The notes beneath the pieces were generated by a model. That model was not told the DNA's origin. It was given only the letters and a program-made list of their open reading frames with translations, and made no database searches. This document shows, piece after piece, positions 29,482 through 39,246 of a stretch of 64,000 nucleotides of DNA (position 1 is the first letter of the stretch; every line of letters begins with the position of its first letter). The stretch comes from Candidatus Poribacteria bacterium. GTDB lineage: Bacteria; Poribacteria; WGA-4E; PCPOR2b. The stretch is from assembly GCA_965208675.1 (NCBI GenBank), contig OZ242351.1, positions 4,512,001-4,576,000 on the forward strand, read 5' to 3'. A program made the translations under genes and the position numbers.

Positions 29482-30528
29482 TTATCTTGCCGCTGAACTG
29501 CCCAACTGCTTAACCCATCCCCAACTCAGCGGCTGCTTGCCCGCGGGAGATACGGCAAATTCGACCACAAAATCGGGATCGAACCAAGCGGGTCCACGGT
29601 TAATCGATCCAGCTTCTCCAATAACCGGCAGGTTAAACCGATTTTCGTGATTTCCCTTTCCCGCTGCATTCTTCACATCGTAGATGACTATCCAAGCGGA
29701 ACCGCCCGCGAACATAATCGTTGCCACTTGTTTGTCGTTCGGATTCCAGGTTATATCTTGTTTTTCTTCTTGGCTAAAGATTTCAAAAATGTTTTGGGCT
29801 CCGTCTTCGCCAGCTTCGGCGTCCATTACCCACACATTTCCGGTTCCGTCTCGCCGCGTAATCCATGCAATCCGGTCTCCTTCGAACGAAAATTCCGGTT
29901 GAATGTCCTCGCCCTTATGATTTGTATAGTTGACCTGGTTTCCGCCATCGGAATTCATCACGTAGATGTCTCCGAGCGTGCGTCCACGTTTGGATGAGAA
30001 CGTAATCCGCCGTCCGTCCGGCGACCAAGAGGGCATTTTGTCAGGGGCGGGGTCGTTTGTGAGATTGGCAATAATATTGCCGCCATCCGACATTACATAA
30101 ATTTCGAGGTCCCCGTCCCGATCGGAAGCGATGGCGAGCTTTCTGCCGCCAGGGTGCCAGTCGGGCCAGCTATCTACCCCTTCATGATCGGTGATTCGCC
30201 GCAGGTTCTTGCCGTTGGCGTCAACGATATAGATATCGGTATTTTTCTGCGACGTCGCATGGAACGCAAGTTTTCGGCCATCCGGCGACCATTCAAGTCC
30301 AAGCGGCCGCGGGTCGTCATTATCTGTTGCAATGTCGAACAATGCATTCACAGCACCGCCGCCTTTCCCTTCAGGATTAGTCAAAAAAATTGTTTCCTCG
30401 CCGGCTACAGCTATTGTCGCATCGTTGGGTGCGAGCGCCTGCCCGCCCATAGGAAAAACGAGGTTGATTAGGATTACCAAGTTGGAGAATGCCAAGATTC
30501 TCAAAGTGAATAGCGTTCTGTTTTGCAT
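29482..30528 (-). CDS. Secreted TolB-like PD40 beta-propeller protein (copy A)
   Basis: Same repeats as copy B; tail FAVSPAGKQPLSWGWVK. Confidence 0.88.
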   Translation of the reverse strand: MQNRTLFTLRILAFSNLVILINLVFPMGGQALAPNDATIAVAGEETIFLTNPEGKGGGAVNALFDIATDNDDPRPLGLEWSPDGRKLAFHATSQKNTDIYIVDANGKNLRRITDHEGVDSWPDWHPGGRKLAIASDRDGDLEIYVMSDGGNIIANLTNDPAPDKMPSWSPDGRRITFSSKRGRTLGDIYVMNSDGGNQVNYTNHKGEDIQPEFSFEGDRIAWITRRDGTGNVWVMDAEAGEDGAQNIFEIFSQEEKQDITWNPNDKQVATIMFAGGSAWIVIYDVKNAAGKGNHENRFNLPVIGEAGSINRGPAWFDPDFVVEFAVSPAGKQPLSWGWVKQLGSSAAR

Positions 30529-30718
30529 AAGTCTTGCCTCCTCTTTACAATTTGAAAATTCACGGCAAACGCCGTTTATCTAAAAACTTCCCGAGAACCA
30601 ATTGGAATAGTAAATTAATTTGTATCCAGTGTTGTGCTGCAGCTTAATTTCGCTTGTACGCTGCGCTCTCATGTAACTTATATGTACAGCCGCGCAATCT
30701 CTGGACGAGCCGTAGTGC

Positions 30719-32191
30719 CTACTCAACCATGCCAATTTTCGCCGCCTCGGGCGCGCGTGTCGGCAAACTCTGTGTTGCAAGCGGATCCTCCGGAACGTAG
30801 CGAGAGTAATCTGAAATCTTTCCGTGGGTCAATGAGTAAATTGCTACGTTGGTCATAAACCGATATACGCCGGGAGAATAGTGCACGGCCCGCGATGGCA
30901 GGCTTACCGCCTCCATCGCGCACATGTAATCGCGGCGGACCAACAGCACCGAAAGATTTTCGCCGACGGAGATACCTTCGAGGAAATTGCGTTTTGGTGC
31001 TTTTGTGCCAAACCAAAATACATCGAACCCGATCGGCGGGCCGCCCATCTCGTAGAAGTTGTTATACACCTCGTGGTCGTTGGGAATCCGTTCGAACTGG
31101 TATTCCGGTATCACATAGCGCATTTGAGCCACGAATATGCGAAAAAAGGTTTGCCCACCCCATTGCATACCGCAATCGTCAAAGACTAGGAATCCACCCC
31201 TATCCACGAGGTATCGCCGCAACCCAGCCGCCTCCGGTTCAGTGAACCTGCTATTCAGTGCCGTGCCTAAACGGCCCTTGTTCAAAAATCTACGCACGAT
31301 AACAGGGGCATGGCCTGTGAAAAACGCAATTGGCGTTTTTTGCAAGTTGGCGTCCGTTAATTTCACCGCGCCGCCTTCAACATTCATGTCCGCCTTAATG
31401 TTCGTCCGTTCATTGAGCCATTTAGTCAGCGCATTCAGCGATGACGCATCTGCCCACCAATCGGCAAGATTGTGCCGGATTCGTGCAAATCGGAAGACGC
31501 CTTGAATGTCGCGTCCTTTACCAATGACGCGGCCCCCAGGCTCACCCCTCGGCAGCGGCGGAACGACTACATTGCCGAGCGTGATGCTTTCTACTACATC
31601 TCCTAATGCATCTCGTGCAGCACCAACCTGCTCAACCATCGTCAGCTCCGGTGAACGTTCAAATGCAACCTTCACCTGAACTATCCCGCCCGCAATCCCG
31701 CGTCCAAAATTCGACGGGCCGGCGCTTGGTGCAGACGCAACAGATCCAGACCACGCCGATGCGCCCGGCGCATCTGATACCGGCAAATCGGCATGAGTCG
31801 TTACTTGAGGAACCCGGGCGTTCGGATTAACGACTTTGGGAACATTAGGATTGATGGGTTGGTCTAGTTTGACGACTTTATTCGAAAATTCGAGCACGGT
31901 TTGTGGCTCGATAGTAGACGTACGAACGACCGCAGCGGTTGTGACTCTGGGTTGAACCTGAACTTGTTCAACGACAACGGTGTTATCCGTTGGAATAGTC
32001 GGTTTAATCTGTTTAATAACCGGCTTACGTACTTGGGGTTTTGGCGGCTCAGGCGGTTCAAGCACTTGTGCACCGACTAAGTCTTTGAATTGCGGGGTTT
32101 GTGTGACGAGATAAACACCTAGAATCAGCACAGCGACGCCGTGAAGAATCAACGATGTCATCAAGGCACCTGAAATCTTCTTGGCACTCAT
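30719..32191 (-). CDS. Membrane-anchored protein with Pro/Val-rich linker and C-terminal DUF4159-like domain
   Basis: N-terminal TM with SLILH (SxxxH, TonB/TolA-like), an extended linker, then FFTGH...LRRYLVDRGGFLVFDDC...IPNDHEVYNNFY, typical of DUF4159. Confidence 0.75.
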   Translation of the reverse strand: MSAKKISGALMTSLILHGVAVLILGVYLVTQTPQFKDLVGAQVLEPPEPPKPQVRKPVIKQIKPTIPTDNTVVVEQVQVQPRVTTAAVVRTSTIEPQTVLEFSNKVVKLDQPINPNVPKVVNPNARVPQVTTHADLPVSDAPGASAWSGSVASAPSAGPSNFGRGIAGGIVQVKVAFERSPELTMVEQVGAARDALGDVVESITLGNVVVPPLPRGEPGGRVIGKGRDIQGVFRFARIRHNLADWWADASSLNALTKWLNERTNIKADMNVEGGAVKLTDANLQKTPIAFFTGHAPVIVRRFLNKGRLGTALNSRFTEPEAAGLRRYLVDRGGFLVFDDCGMQWGGQTFFRIFVAQMRYVIPEYQFERIPNDHEVYNNFYEMGGPPIGFDVFWFGTKAPKRNFLEGISVGENLSVLLVRRDYMCAMEAVSLPSRAVHYSPGVYRFMTNVAIYSLTHGKISDYSRYVPEDPLATQSLPTRAPEAAKIGMVE

Positions 32192-32269
32192 CTTCCGTGT
32201 CGCCTCCGATTCGTATTAGTAAGCGCAGCATGGGACCTATAATTCAACTGCGCCGCCAGTACAAAGCCT

Positions 32270-33298
32270 TTATTCTGGCCTGTAAATCCCTGTGCCTAGC
32301 TGTTTAATCCAACTCCAGGTCAAGGGGCGCTTTTTGCCGGGCGATACTGCATACGGCACAACAAAGTCCGGGTCAAACCAATCCGGAGAACGGCTGCCTT
32401 GCCATTCTGCGCCAAGCGGCAAGACTTTTCCATCTGCACGTACATCGTCGACAACCTTATCTGAATCCATCACGGCAATTTCCACAAACGGAGCATCTGA
32501 CAGGACGAGCATTGTTCCATCGGGAGACCACGCCGGGTCAAAGTTACATCGCGGCCCAGGCGTGAGGTTTTTCACGTTTTCACCGTTGGCGTCCATGGTG
32601 TGCAGATCGCCCGTCCCATTGCGCCTAGATGTCCAGACAATCTTTTGGCTGTTCGGCGACCAACGGGGATAGCTGTCATCGCCGCGGTGGTTAGTCAAAT
32701 TCAAGGGGTTTTCACCACTCGCATTCATCGTGTATACGTCTGAAATAGTTCTACCCCGCTTGGAAGCGAAGGCAATCATTCGACCGTCGGATGACCAATC
32801 AGGTTGCCTGTCGGGAGCAGCGTCGTTAGTCAGGTTCACCCCGACGTTCCCGTTAGCTGTCAATGTGTAGATTTCGTAATTGCCATCCCGATTGGTGGTG
32901 AACACAAGCCGTTGTCCGCTAGGATGCCACGTGGGCCAACTATCCTCGGCTTCATGGTTGGTCAGTCTCTTGAGCTTCTCGCCATCGGCGTTAACCACGT
33001 AGATATCAATGTTGCCGTCCAACTTGGTATGGAACGCCACCTTTTGTCCATCTGGCGACCACCTAACCCCTAACGGCTGTTCGTCCGCTTTAAGCCGTAA
33101 ATCAATTAACGGACGAAGATTTGCACTGTCGGGGTCCATCAGCCAAAGGTCGCCTTCCGGTTGGCTGCTCGAAAACACAATGGTCGGATCCTCGGGTGCC
33201 CGCTGTGCGTCAGCGCCTGCCGCAAAAATCATGCTGCCAAAAAGGAACGTAATCACTGAAAATACAAACCGTGTTGTGAATGGTAATCTATGTTGCAT
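32270..33298 (-). CDS. Secreted TolB-like PD40 beta-propeller protein
   Basis: Signal peptide, PD40 repeats and tail YAVSPGKKRPLTWSWIK. Confidence 0.88.
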   Translation of the reverse strand: MQHRLPFTTRFVFSVITFLFGSMIFAAGADAQRAPEDPTIVFSSSQPEGDLWLMDPDSANLRPLIDLRLKADEQPLGVRWSPDGQKVAFHTKLDGNIDIYVVNADGEKLKRLTNHEAEDSWPTWHPSGQRLVFTTNRDGNYEIYTLTANGNVGVNLTNDAAPDRQPDWSSDGRMIAFASKRGRTISDVYTMNASGENPLNLTNHRGDDSYPRWSPNSQKIVWTSRRNGTGDLHTMDANGENVKNLTPGPRCNFDPAWSPDGTMLVLSDAPFVEIAVMDSDKVVDDVRADGKVLPLGAEWQGSRSPDWFDPDFVVPYAVSPGKKRPLTWSWIKQLGTGIYRPE

Positions 33299-33342
33299 TC
33301 GTGTTATCTCCTCTCGCTGTTTCGGAGTTGCCGGTTAGAGAT

Positions 33343-33371
33343 ATTTTATAACTAACTTCTTCAAATGTCAA
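33343..33371 (-). promoter_or_regulatory. Sigma70 promoter for the PD40-DUF4159 unit
   Basis: - strand TTGACA-N17-TAAAAT, 45 bp upstream of the start at 33298. Confidence 0.75.
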
Positions 33372-33502
33372 TCGATTTAGAGCGTGATTTCGAAACCGCT
33401 CGTTAGGTAAGAGGAAGGGTATGCACGCATGACCCCGGCGTTTCGGTGCCTGCGTCAGACTGCATTAATACCACGGCCCGCGGATAATTGGTAACTCTTG
33501 CA

Positions 33503-35410
33503 CTACTTGCTTAACCTTTGGATAGCTTCCCGAATGGCATCAAGGCCTTGCTGATACGTTTCGTTCTCGGGATGCAGTGCCAGCGCTTTCAGAATTGCGT
33601 CTTCCGCCCTCCCGTAGTCTTTCGTGCGGTATAATAACCAAGACAGCGTATTCAGATAATCCGCCGCGTGGGGTTGAAGTTTGACAGCTTCTTGCGCGAG
33701 TTCAACCGCTCTGTCAAGGTGGATGTCCTGGGCGCCGTATAGATGCGCCAGCCGTTCGTAGGCGTGCGCAAATGAGGTACCTAGAGCAACTGCCCGTTCA
33801 AATGCCCGCACAGCTTCGTCGTTCCGACTTTGCGCCGCATGGATTGTGCCCAAAAAGTAGTATGCATCTGCCATGTCCGGTTGACGCCTCAGCGCCGCAT
33901 TCAAGTTATTTGCCCCGTCATCTAACCGTCCTTCCCGGACAGCGATGACACCGAGGATGTAATGCGGTTCAGCAAGCTCGGGGTCGCTGGCAGTGACCAG
34001 TTTATAGTGGTGAACCGCTTGTTGAACCAGTCCTTGGCGCAAGTAGACGCGGGCGAGCCCCAGAAAAACCTTTGGGTCGCTTAACCCGAACGACAGCAGT
34101 TTTTCAAATGCCGTTTGAGCTTCTTTAAAACGGGATAGTTGAAAGGCGATATTGCCCACGTTCTGCCACGATTCTACAGAGTCGGGTTCAAATTCCAGCG
34201 CTTTTCGATACGCCGAAAGGGCGCGGCCGTAAGCCGCAGCATCTTTGGATGCCTGCGCTTTCTTAAACCAGATTAATCCCAAACCCCGGTGCACGGCAGC
34301 CGACTCCGGTTCCAATTCAACTGCGCGTTGCTGCGCCGTAATCGCGTCGTCAAGTTTGCCGCGCATCGTATAAACATGCGCCAACCCCTTATGTGCTTCC
34401 GTCGAGTTTGGATAGTGCGCCACGGCTTTTTGGAACTGTTTTATTGCTTCTGCATAAATTTTGTCCCGATTGGGTTCCCACCCAGGCTGCGCGGCGAGTG
34501 CATCGGCTTGTGCCATGCTCTTGAGGCCTGCGTCTATAGCATCATTTGCTGTCAACTGCCCTTTTATCCGCCGATACCGCTGCATCTCGGATTCGGCTTC
34601 CGCTGTTCTCCCTTGCTTAAAATACAACAGTCCCAACTGATAGTACGCGCTTTCCATCTGAGCGTCAATGCGAATAGCTTCGCGGAAAGCAGCCTCCGCG
34701 CCATTCTCCTGTTCCTTTGAGAGATTTACCATACCAAGTTGGAAATAGACTTTGGCGAGCGGCGGCCCCAAATTTATCGCGCGTCCGAAATTTTCGGCAG
34801 CTTGGTCAACCCTGCCCTGTTCAAATGCGATTCGCCCAAGAAAGTAAATCACATGCGCGGGCAGCAGCGCATCCACGCCATACGCGCCTAATCCCGCTTG
34901 AGGCGAGGACGGTGCAGTACGGTATTTCGGCGCGTCCGGCGACACCATCAGTGCGAAGGCCTTTTCGAATTCGGCGATTGCGCGATCATAATCATGGCGC
35001 TGAAAGTGAACCATTCCCAGCTGCGCGTGAGCCTGGTCCCAATCTGGGAAGAGCTGAATAGCTCGCTCAAGCACGGGTATCGCCCGCTCATATTCTTCTC
35101 GCAGGTAGTAGATGCCGCCCAAGCGGTGGTAGATACTGGCATCTTCTGAATCTAACCGAAGCGCGTTTGAAAAAGCCGCTTCCGCTTCGTCTGTCGCATC
35201 AAGCGACAGGTACGCCAATCCCAGATTCAAATGGGCTTCGGCCGAGTCGGGGTTTTCATCGACCGCCTTTTTGTACGGAGCGACCGCTTGCGACAACCCG
35301 AATGCCGCATCTTGGGGCTGTGAAACCGTGCACAGTCCAATTAGCATGACCGAAATAAAACCCGCAAAAGCGAAACTCCGGCTTGTTCGCGGAAGGAAGC
35401 AGGTAATCAA
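33503..35410 (-). CDS. Secreted tetratricopeptide-repeat protein
   Basis: Many 34-aa TPR units (AHLNLGLAY, AYYQLGLLY, AYYFLGTIH) after a hydrophobic N-terminus. Confidence 0.88.
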   Translation of the reverse strand: MITCFLPRTSRSFAFAGFISVMLIGLCTVSQPQDAAFGLSQAVAPYKKAVDENPDSAEAHLNLGLAYLSLDATDEAEAAFSNALRLDSEDASIYHRLGGIYYLREEYERAIPVLERAIQLFPDWDQAHAQLGMVHFQRHDYDRAIAEFEKAFALMVSPDAPKYRTAPSSPQAGLGAYGVDALLPAHVIYFLGRIAFEQGRVDQAAENFGRAINLGPPLAKVYFQLGMVNLSKEQENGAEAAFREAIRIDAQMESAYYQLGLLYFKQGRTAEAESEMQRYRRIKGQLTANDAIDAGLKSMAQADALAAQPGWEPNRDKIYAEAIKQFQKAVAHYPNSTEAHKGLAHVYTMRGKLDDAITAQQRAVELEPESAAVHRGLGLIWFKKAQASKDAAAYGRALSAYRKALEFEPDSVESWQNVGNIAFQLSRFKEAQTAFEKLLSFGLSDPKVFLGLARVYLRQGLVQQAVHHYKLVTASDPELAEPHYILGVIAVREGRLDDGANNLNAALRRQPDMADAYYFLGTIHAAQSRNDEAVRAFERAVALGTSFAHAYERLAHLYGAQDIHLDRAVELAQEAVKLQPHAADYLNTLSWLLYRTKDYGRAEDAILKALALHPENETYQQGLDAIREAIQRLSK

Positions 35411-35476
35411 GAACTAACCTCATTTTTGTGGATGAATTAAATCACTATGGATAAATAGCGTAGGGGCTAGGAATTT

Positions 35477-36529
35477 TCAGTCGCGCGGCCCTAAATTTTT
35501 TATCCATCCCCACGTAAGCGGGCGCTTGTCAGCAGGCTCAACATCGAATGGCGGCGCTGGAAATGCGGGGTCGAACCAAGCTGGAGACCGGGCGCGCCTG
35601 CCTTTATCTAGCACAAGAATCTGTATGAAATTTTTCGCCGCCTTGAGGTCCGCTTCGAGCGTTTCTCCAACGCCAAGCTCGTCTACTGCGTGGTAAAGGA
35701 AGATGCCTTGCGGGAATGACAGGGAGGCGATGCTTTTGCCGTCTGGAGACCATGTAGCATCCTTCTTCTCCTCGGTGCTCTTTACCCACCGCTGATTTTC
35801 GCCATCCGAATCAATGATGTAGACGTCACCCGTGCCGTCTCGCCGGGATACCCACGCCAATGTTTCACCGTCAGGCGACCACCTCGGTTGAATATCCTGG
35901 CCTTTATGATTGGTGATATTCTGCAGATTTTCGCCTTTCGAATCCATCACATAGATATCTGCAATCGTGCGGCCTCGCTTGGTCGAAAACGCAATCTTTC
36001 GACCGTCAGGCGACCAAGACGGGTCAATATCGGGCGCAGCGTCTGCTGTGAGGTTTCCGCCGACATTGCCTTGCGCCGTCATGGTGTAGATTTCAAAATT
36101 CCCGTCACGGTTGGTGGCGAACGCCAGTTTTTGACCGCTCGGATGCCACGTGGGCGAGCTGTCTTCCGCCTCATGCTCGGTAAGCCTCCGCAAATTTTTC
36201 CCGTCGGCGTTCACGGAATATACGTCAATGTTGTCCTTCAAGTTAGTATGGAAAGCCAACATTTCACCGGTTGGGGACCATACCAAGCCCGCCGGCACCG
36301 GCTCGCCGTCAATTTCTAATACCAAGAAAGGAGGGTTTACACCTGCCGGATCCATTGACCAGATGCCTACTTCGCCCGCCACACCGTCGGTGCCCACGAC
36401 TATCGTTGGCACGATTGGTGCTTGAGCCTGCCCGCTCTGGAGCGTAGCAAAACAGTTAATGAGAAGCACGCCGATGAACACGACCGGCATGAATATGTCC
36501 CGAATCTGAAGGTTTTGTCGGATTTGCAT
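35477..36529 (-). CDS. Secreted TolB-like PD40 beta-propeller protein
   Basis: SD GAGGTG before ATG 36529, PD40 repeats and tail FDVEPADKRPLTWGWIK. Confidence 0.87.
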   Translation of the reverse strand: MQIRQNLQIRDIFMPVVFIGVLLINCFATLQSGQAQAPIVPTIVVGTDGVAGEVGIWSMDPAGVNPPFLVLEIDGEPVPAGLVWSPTGEMLAFHTNLKDNIDVYSVNADGKNLRRLTEHEAEDSSPTWHPSGQKLAFATNRDGNFEIYTMTAQGNVGGNLTADAAPDIDPSWSPDGRKIAFSTKRGRTIADIYVMDSKGENLQNITNHKGQDIQPRWSPDGETLAWVSRRDGTGDVYIIDSDGENQRWVKSTEEKKDATWSPDGKSIASLSFPQGIFLYHAVDELGVGETLEADLKAAKNFIQILVLDKGRRARSPAWFDPAFPAPPFDVEPADKRPLTWGWIKNLGPRD

Positions 36530-36681
36530 GGTTATCACCTCATCGTGTTGGTTAAGGTTTATGGACAATCGCTAAGTGAATCCGGGAAGACGAATTCCTC
36601 GGCGCATTTACGCTCGGTATTGCCTGTGAAAACTCGACCGGTTTTTAGCCTGTTGAAACACGCGGTGAAGGCGGTTAAATA

Positions 36682-38331
36682 TTACTCACGACTCGACTCG
36701 GTAACGACAATCTCCTGATTAACCGTTACTTTTTCTAGGATTTGCACAATGCCGCTCGGCCAATGAATTTCAAGACGATCCACAATGGAATTATCGCCGA
36801 GACCAAAGTGGCAGCGCGGATCATTGCTGCACATTATACTTGACCCCGCACGCACCTCTTGAACCCAAGACTGGGTACCCGCCGTCAAAGTCAGCCGCGC
36901 GCCGATGCCGCCGCGATTGCTAAGGACGCCCGCGAGTTTTACCCGCAACCAGTTTTTTTGATTGCCGCCTTCGTTGCGGAGTAACTGCGCTGCCTGATTC
37001 ACCTGGGTCGTGACGATATCGCAATCGCCGTCGTTGTCATAATCTCCAAATATCGCGCCGCGGCTGACGCTCGGTTCATGAAAATATTTTCCCGAACTGA
37101 ATGAAACTTCCCTGAACGTCCCGTCGCCTTTGTTATGAAACAGTTGATTTCGCTGCGCGTAAGTTAGAATGTCCGTTACCTGCGCTATATTGTCGATAAT
37201 ATGTCCGTTCGCGATAAAAATATCCAGATATCCATCGTTATCATAGTCGAAAAAGCGCGTACCAAATCCGACAAATAGAAAACTTTCATCACCGAGATGT
37301 GCGCCGTAGATTACATCGGAAAACGTACCATCCCCGTTGTTCTGGTAAAGCGCGTTCGTTTCATAGGAAAGGTTGGTGACAAAGATGTCCAAATATCCGT
37401 CGCCGTTATAGTCGCCGGCATCAACGCCCATTCCCGCCTGCGCCACGCCGTTGAAGCTATACGCGCAACCCGCCAATAGCCCCGTCTCGGTAAACGTACC
37501 GTCCCCGTTGTTGTAGTAAAGATAGTTCGGCGTATCGTCGTTGGCTACATAGATATCTGCTTCACCGTCGTTGTTGAAATCTGCTGCGACGACGCCCAAA
37601 CCCTTCCCGCTGTGCGGTCCCTCGGCTACTTTGAAACCTGCCGCTTCGGTGACGTTCGTGAATGTGCCGTCTCCGTTGTTGCGGTAAAACTGATCGGGCG
37701 CCCCGTCGAAGTTCTTTGGGTGGCACAAAATGCGGATCCCGTCAACTTCACAAGGTGCATGCGGCACATCCAACGAATACCGCAAGTAATTTACAACGTA
37801 CAGGTCGAGGTTGCCGTCGCGGTCGTAATCAAGAAATGTAGCGCTGCTGCCCCACATCGGGTCCCCTACCCCAGCGGTTTCCGTGACATTGGTAAAGCTG
37901 CCGTCCCCGTTATTCCGATAGAGCACATTGGCGCCGAAATTTGTTACGTATAAATCGGGATCTCCGTCATTATCGTAGTCGCCGCAGGCAGCGCCGACTC
38001 CGTAATTCCCCTTATTGTCCGCGCCCGCCTCACTAGTGATGTCCGTAAATGTACAATCCCCGTTATTGCGGTAGAGAGCGCTTGTGACCGTACTTTCGTG
38101 CCCTTCGTCCGGTAAATCTCCGCTGTTCACGAGATACAGGTCGAGGTCGCCGTCGTTGTCATAGTCAAAAAACGCTCCGCCGGCACCGAGTTGTTCGGGC
38201 AGATGGTAACCGCCTTTCGCCCCGTTTTGATGCCGAAAATGAATCCCCGCCTCCGCGGTAGCATCAATGAACTTAATCTGTTCCCCAACGGCAAAGGCGT
38301 TGAGGCATATCATCATGAACGCCAACGCCAC
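36682..38331 (-). CDS. CRTAC1-family protein (FG-GAP/VCBS repeats plus ASPIC/UnbV)
   Basis: Repeated DYDNDGDxDLY and LYRNNGDGTF; C-terminal SNRGGIGAR...HFGLG...WPSG. The start may lie slightly upstream. Confidence 0.92.
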   Translation of the reverse strand: MALAFMMICLNAFAVGEQIKFIDATAEAGIHFRHQNGAKGGYHLPEQLGAGGAFFDYDNDGDLDLYLVNSGDLPDEGHESTVTSALYRNNGDCTFTDITSEAGADNKGNYGVGAACGDYDNDGDPDLYVTNFGANVLYRNNGDGSFTNVTETAGVGDPMWGSSATFLDYDRDGNLDLYVVNYLRYSLDVPHAPCEVDGIRILCHPKNFDGAPDQFYRNNGDGTFTNVTEAAGFKVAEGPHSGKGLGVVAADFNNDGEADIYVANDDTPNYLYYNNGDGTFTETGLLAGCAYSFNGVAQAGMGVDAGDYNGDGYLDIFVTNLSYETNALYQNNGDGTFSDVIYGAHLGDESFLFVGFGTRFFDYDNDGYLDIFIANGHIIDNIAQVTDILTYAQRNQLFHNKGDGTFREVSFSSGKYFHEPSVSRGAIFGDYDNDGDCDIVTTQVNQAAQLLRNEGGNQKNWLRVKLAGVLSNRGGIGARLTLTAGTQSWVQEVRAGSSIMCSNDPRCHFGLGDNSIVDRLEIHWPSGIVQILEKVTVNQEIVVTESSRE

Positions 38332-38371
38332 CGATAAACGCTTTAGATTCGAGCCGAAAAACTCCGATTGA

Positions 38372-39235
38372 CTATGGTTGATTGTCGATGTCCTTTGCCA
38401 GCCTAAATCCGATAAAACTAGTTCCGACCGCCGGGTGGTGTCCCATGCGTGTAATGCACCGAGCTAACTGCGGCCCATTTGCCCATGACCCGCCCCGCAC
38501 CACGCGCCGACTGCCCACATCAGGACCCGCCGGGTTTTCGGTAGGGCTGCGATAGTAATAAGATTCAGAAAACCAATCTGCAACCCACTCCCAGACATTT
38601 CCGCCCATATCGTATACGCCGTACGGGCTTGCGCCAGTCGGAAATTTCCCGACAGGCGCCAAGACGTTGTCATATCCGTCTCGCCCATTCCACACATTTG
38701 CGTGGACATTTGCGCCGCGTATCGAAACGAAGAAGGCATTCCCCCACGGCCAAACACGTTGGTCGGTTCCCCGAGACGCTTTCTCCCACTCCGCTTCGGT
38801 GGGCAGCCGCTTATTCGCCCATTTGGCATACGCGTCCGCTGCGGCCCAAGAAATACCCACAACGGGATAGTTCGGCTTGGACTGCGCAATCTCGGGCCAA
38901 TCCCCCAGTCCAACCTCCTCGCCGTAACTGACTGGTGTGTGCTTACTGCGCTCTCCGCCATCTGCCATCCAGAAGGCAAAATACTCGGCGTTCGTGACCT
39001 CGTGTTTGTCGATGTAATAAGCGTCAAGCGAAATCTGGTGCGCCGGTTTCGCGCCGATTCCCCCGGAATCGCCGCCCATGGTAAATTCACCGCCCGGAAT
39101 CAACACCATCCCGTCGGGCGGTGTCAACGGATGCGGCGTTGCAGTTACCTCGGCGTGCCCATCGGTAATCGGGAGATGCAGGACAATCCAGAAGAAACAA
39201 AATAGATTGAGGGATAAACAACAGTTCGCTAACAT
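38372..39235 (-). CDS. Formylglycine-generating enzyme (FGE-sulfatase/SUMF1) family protein, secreted
   Basis: IPGGEFTMG, HEVTNAEY, RLPTEAEWEKASRG, DMGGNVWEW, RGGSW and IGFRLA. Confidence 0.92.
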   Translation of the reverse strand: MLANCCLSLNLFCFFWIVLHLPITDGHAEVTATPHPLTPPDGMVLIPGGEFTMGGDSGGIGAKPAHQISLDAYYIDKHEVTNAEYFAFWMADGGERSKHTPVSYGEEVGLGDWPEIAQSKPNYPVVGISWAAADAYAKWANKRLPTEAEWEKASRGTDQRVWPWGNAFFVSIRGANVHANVWNGRDGYDNVLAPVGKFPTGASPYGVYDMGGNVWEWVADWFSESYYYRSPTENPAGPDVGSRRVVRGGSWANGPQLARCITRMGHHPAVGTSFIGFRLAKDIDNQP

Positions 39236-39246
39236 CGTTTTACCGT

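Noticed and set aside
27643-30528. PD40 twin genes as a diversity-generating retroelement template/variable pair
   Set aside because: No reverse transcriptase in the window, both copies are full-length genes, and differences are not restricted to adenines.
27643-36529. Calling the PD40 genes tolB of a Tol-Pal system
   Set aside because: They lack the TolB N-terminal domain and no pal/tolQR genes are nearby.
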